A stretch of 34,790 nucleotides of DNA, from assembly GCA_002256025.1 (NCBI GenBank), contig NKIB01000152.1, forward strand, positions 1 through 34,790. Reading direction: 5' to 3'. This document shows positions 31,849 to 34,790 of this stretch, in pieces (the first letter of the stretch is position 1; each line of letters opens with the position of its first letter). A model generated the notes under the pieces. It made no database searches. It was not told the origin of the DNA and worked only from the letters and a program-made list of their open reading frames with translations. Position numbers and translations under genes: made by a program. This DNA is from Asterionella formosa. Taxonomy: Eukaryota.

Positions 31849-33210
31849 CTAGATAATAGAGCCATCATTTTCCTCCACTGCCTCCATCTCCTCCTCCATC
31901 AACAGAGGACACGATACATCACAGCGTGTTGCTTCTGCCGTACATTTGGAATTTCCTAAAAATTCCGATCCCAGTCGACTGTACGAACTGGCAAAACTTG
32001 TGACGGTACATGTTGCTCTAGCCAATAGTAGAATATCTGACCATACATTGAGGAGGCCTTCTAGATCATTGTCTGTGGACAAGTCCACATGAACAATCTT
32101 AGTGTCAATGTATCGTACCGAAGAGTCCATATCCGAAAGTGTCTTGCGCATATCTTGTTTGTCAGTAACAATGACAATTGGTGTTATCGTAGCATTCAAA
32201 AAACACGAGTCTTTGAGTTTGTTGGCACAGTTGACAAAGGACTGGGGACGCTCCCCCCCAAGGAGGTAGTTGTCCGTGTTATTTTGAAATTGTGTATCCC
32301 CCGTCCGGACATGTACCCCCACGTAGTTTGTACGGAATGGAATGGCAAGTTGTGTTGTCACATTGTGCATATGATGTACAAGGAGAGGAGTGGGCTTGTA
32401 CAAGGTGTAAAATAACCACTTGTACAGTTGTTCTGGTGGAACCATGGTGGCCATGTTGTAGGTGGCCAGAAATTCTTGTACTTCACTAGACATCCAAAGG
32501 CCATTGAGTTCTGGTGGCTCTTTTGTTCTTATGTAAATAACTTGACTGGATACTTGTGGCATGAAATTCGCTGGAGCGTTCAGTACAGGAGGTAATTTAT
32601 TGTGATCTATTCGTTCCGTTGTCATATTCCTATCTGTAGCTGTCCGTGGATCAAGTGAGTAATTCCATTCAATCAAGTTCGGTCCAAGAACTTTGTCGAG
32701 TCGTACTGGTTTATCCATCTCCATTAGGAAGATCCGCTTCGTCACAACGGACACTACGAGAGCTGCAAATATGGCTCGTTGTTGATTGGCAGTCCCCGAA
32801 CATGACCCTCCCTCTCGATGGGTGCAGTAAAAGATCATGTAGTTGTTCTTGTCCCTGGCAGTTGTCTCGTTCAACAGTTTGGCTTGAGCAATTGACGTGG
32901 AGTGGAAGGCCGCATAGTCTTCCAACCACGCTGGAACCTCGACCTGAAGGATCGGTACAGTAGTACTCCATGGTTGCTCTTTTTCATGCTGAACCAACTC
33001 TGGCGTGCCAGGTTCTGCGAGTCCTCGTTTCATGAGAGGATGGAATTGGAGTCGAAGATTGCCGGTTGCCAAAAGTAGAAAGACAACGATTCCTGCTCTA
33101 GCTCGTTTTAGTTGAGATACTAACGAATAACAGGACTTTGCTGCCACAGTACCAGTACCGGTAGTGGAACAAGCGTTATTCGCCGCTGCAATGGAACAAG
33201 CATTCGCCAT
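31849..33210 (-). CDS. GT-B fucosyltransferase-like type II membrane protein (alpha-1,2 / alpha-1,6 / O-FucT superfamily), 453 aa
   Basis: TM anchor (AGIVVFLLLA), CSGTANQQRA (GxGN-like), YVGVHVRTGD (motif I), IVIVTD (motif II), D.LLLARA..SSYS (motif III). First ATG at 33210; the track start is a TTG. Confidence 0.8.
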   Translation of the reverse strand: MANACSIAAANNACSTTGTGTVAAKSCYSLVSQLKRARAGIVVFLLLATGNLRLQFHPLMKRGLAEPGTPELVQHEKEQPWSTTVPILQVEVPAWLEDYAAFHSTSIAQAKLLNETTARDKNNYMIFYCTHREGGSCSGTANQQRAIFAALVVSVVTKRIFLMEMDKPVRLDKVLGPNLIEWNYSLDPRTATDRNMTTERIDHNKLPPVLNAPANFMPQVSSQVIYIRTKEPPELNGLWMSSEVQEFLATYNMATMVPPEQLYKWLFYTLYKPTPLLVHHMHNVTTQLAIPFRTNYVGVHVRTGDTQFQNNTDNYLLGGERPQSFVNCANKLKDSCFLNATITPIVIVTDKQDMRKTLSDMDSSVRYIDTKIVHVDLSTDNDLEGLLNVWSDILLLARATCTVTSFASSYSRLGSEFLGNSKCTAEATRCDVSCPLLMEEEMEAVEENDGSII

Positions 33211-33399
33211 TCTCTGATGCTGGCTACTACCGGTAGTCCTTCGTATGGTTATATTCAATCAGCTTTTATTTTAATCATTTTTTTAATTGCAAATGTTAGA
33301 GGAGATTCCGGTAGTAGTTTGTGACAACCCTAAGTGCCATTCAATAATGACCCTACATACAAATACATACCGTACTGTCATCTGCTGATGCTCCGAGTA

Positions 33400-33965
33400 C
33401 AACACCGGTACAGGTATGTGAATACTGGTAGTAATGTAGAAAGACTATTAGTTACTTAACCAGTGTGAATACTGGTACAGGTAACAGGTACCGGGATATG
33501 GACTCTTGAACCCACCGTATAGTAAATACGGTATGCTATACGTAATATTCCTGGCTATCTAAAGATGGGTCGTTGTAATGACATGTCATCTGTAGACTAT
33601 CTACCTGTAGGTGTACCGGTATACCGGTACTCCGGTACTGGTACCTGGTACCAGGTTACTTTATATCGTTACCGGTACACAAAACACTACTGGTAAGCTA
33701 CCGGTATCTGGGACTGGAATGACAGGTACATACTGGTACATTATTGACGAAATTCTACCAAAGTAGAATACCGGTATTCTACCAACGGGGCAATGGAACC
33801 CTGCGGTATGCGATGATATTGACCAAGAAATTTTACCAGGGGTACCTGGTACCTCGTACTGGAGTAGTGGTACCAGTGCCAGGGTACCTGGTACAGTACT
33901 GGTACCTGGTAAGGCATGTGTAGCTGGTGAGTCCTTTTGGGTACGACTCGTACCTGTACCTGTTC
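33400..33965. repeat. GGTACC/CCWGG/CCGG palindromic low-complexity tract (densest instance in the window)
   Basis: For example GTACCGGTATACCGGTACTCCGGTACTGGTACCTGGTACCAGG (~33613-33655) and CCAGGGGTACCTGGTACC..GGTACCTGGTACAGTACTGGTACCTGG (~33836-33909). Confidence 0.85.
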
Positions 33966-34790
33966 ACCTGGTGCACTGGCTGTGTTATGCTATGTTGAGG
34001 GATTATACTAATGGTAAAACATCATAAATTTAATAAACTTGAACATCAGTACAATTAAACATCAGCATGGCAACAAGCAATGTTGACCAGGAGAGTAAAT
34101 GAACTGACACATTCCCATGCTTATAAAAATGTACTTATTTCTATGATGTTGAACAGGGAGGTTATGGCAAATAGCCAATGATAGTACTAAAAGCTGTGAG
34201 TTTAGTGTAGAGGAGCCTGGGGAAAACAAGGATGATAGCCAAACACTTGGCCAGTATTCTTCCATTAACAATTACTGCAAAAAAGGAAATGTAGTATTTT
34301 ATGCCACATTTTCTTTTCTCTTGGAATGTAATAATTACCCACAGTGGAAATCCAACAATGGTATGTGCCTGCTGTCAATGACCTTGTCATCAAAAAGGCC
34401 ATAAAACAGAACATGTATGCAGACAAGACAAGGGAAACATTACAAGCAAGGCAGCCTCTAGAGTCTCACATTTAGCAAGATTTCAATCATGATGGTCATC
34501 CTTTTCTCATTCAAGTATAAAATATCCAATTCATCAATGGTATATAAGCTGCCTGTGTGTGTGTTGTGTCTGTCAATTCCATGTGGTCAGCCAAATTGAC
34601 AATTGCTTCCAACTAACATGAAAACTAACGTGCCGGTACAAATGGAGAAGAACTTGTGCGTCGTTGGGCCCCCAGTGCTACTAACTGTGGACCAAAACCC
34701 AAAAACAAAATGTTGTGTTTGGTTTCGGTCAGACAGACGGATGAATAAGCAATTCTAATGGTTTTTGAATGTTTTCAGCCACTATCAAAT

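Overview
Eukaryotic nuclear DNA, most likely a diatom. The evidence is bipartite signal-peptide + ASAFAP-type plastid presequences, ~110-bp GTACGT...YAG introns, and microsatellite-rich coding regions. Nine convincing genes: a polytopic membrane protein with a 44-aa N-terminal duplication, nicotinate phosphoribosyltransferase, a plastid-targeted SAP + HAT/TPR (Mbb1/HCF107-like) protein with 2 exons, SERRATE/ARS2, an SFT2/Got1 protein, a 2-exon hypothetical protein, a GT-A-like glycosyltransferase, a plastid-targeted ABCD half-transporter and a fucosyltransferase-like protein. The intergenic DNA holds an internally deleted PIF/Harbinger transposon (17-bp TIRs, TAA TSD, two convergent gene remnants) and a ~1.4-kb tandem duplication carrying a small orphan ORF with a homogenised core and a compensated frameshift. 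It also holds two related degenerate tRNA-like (A/B-box) sequences, a palindromic repeat family present twice in opposite geometry, and a decayed unknown ORF. The most distinctive unexplained signal is recurrent tracts of overlapping GGTACC / CCWGG / CCGG palindromes sitting mainly on the 5' side of genes. All calls come from reading the sequence by eye; no database search was run.
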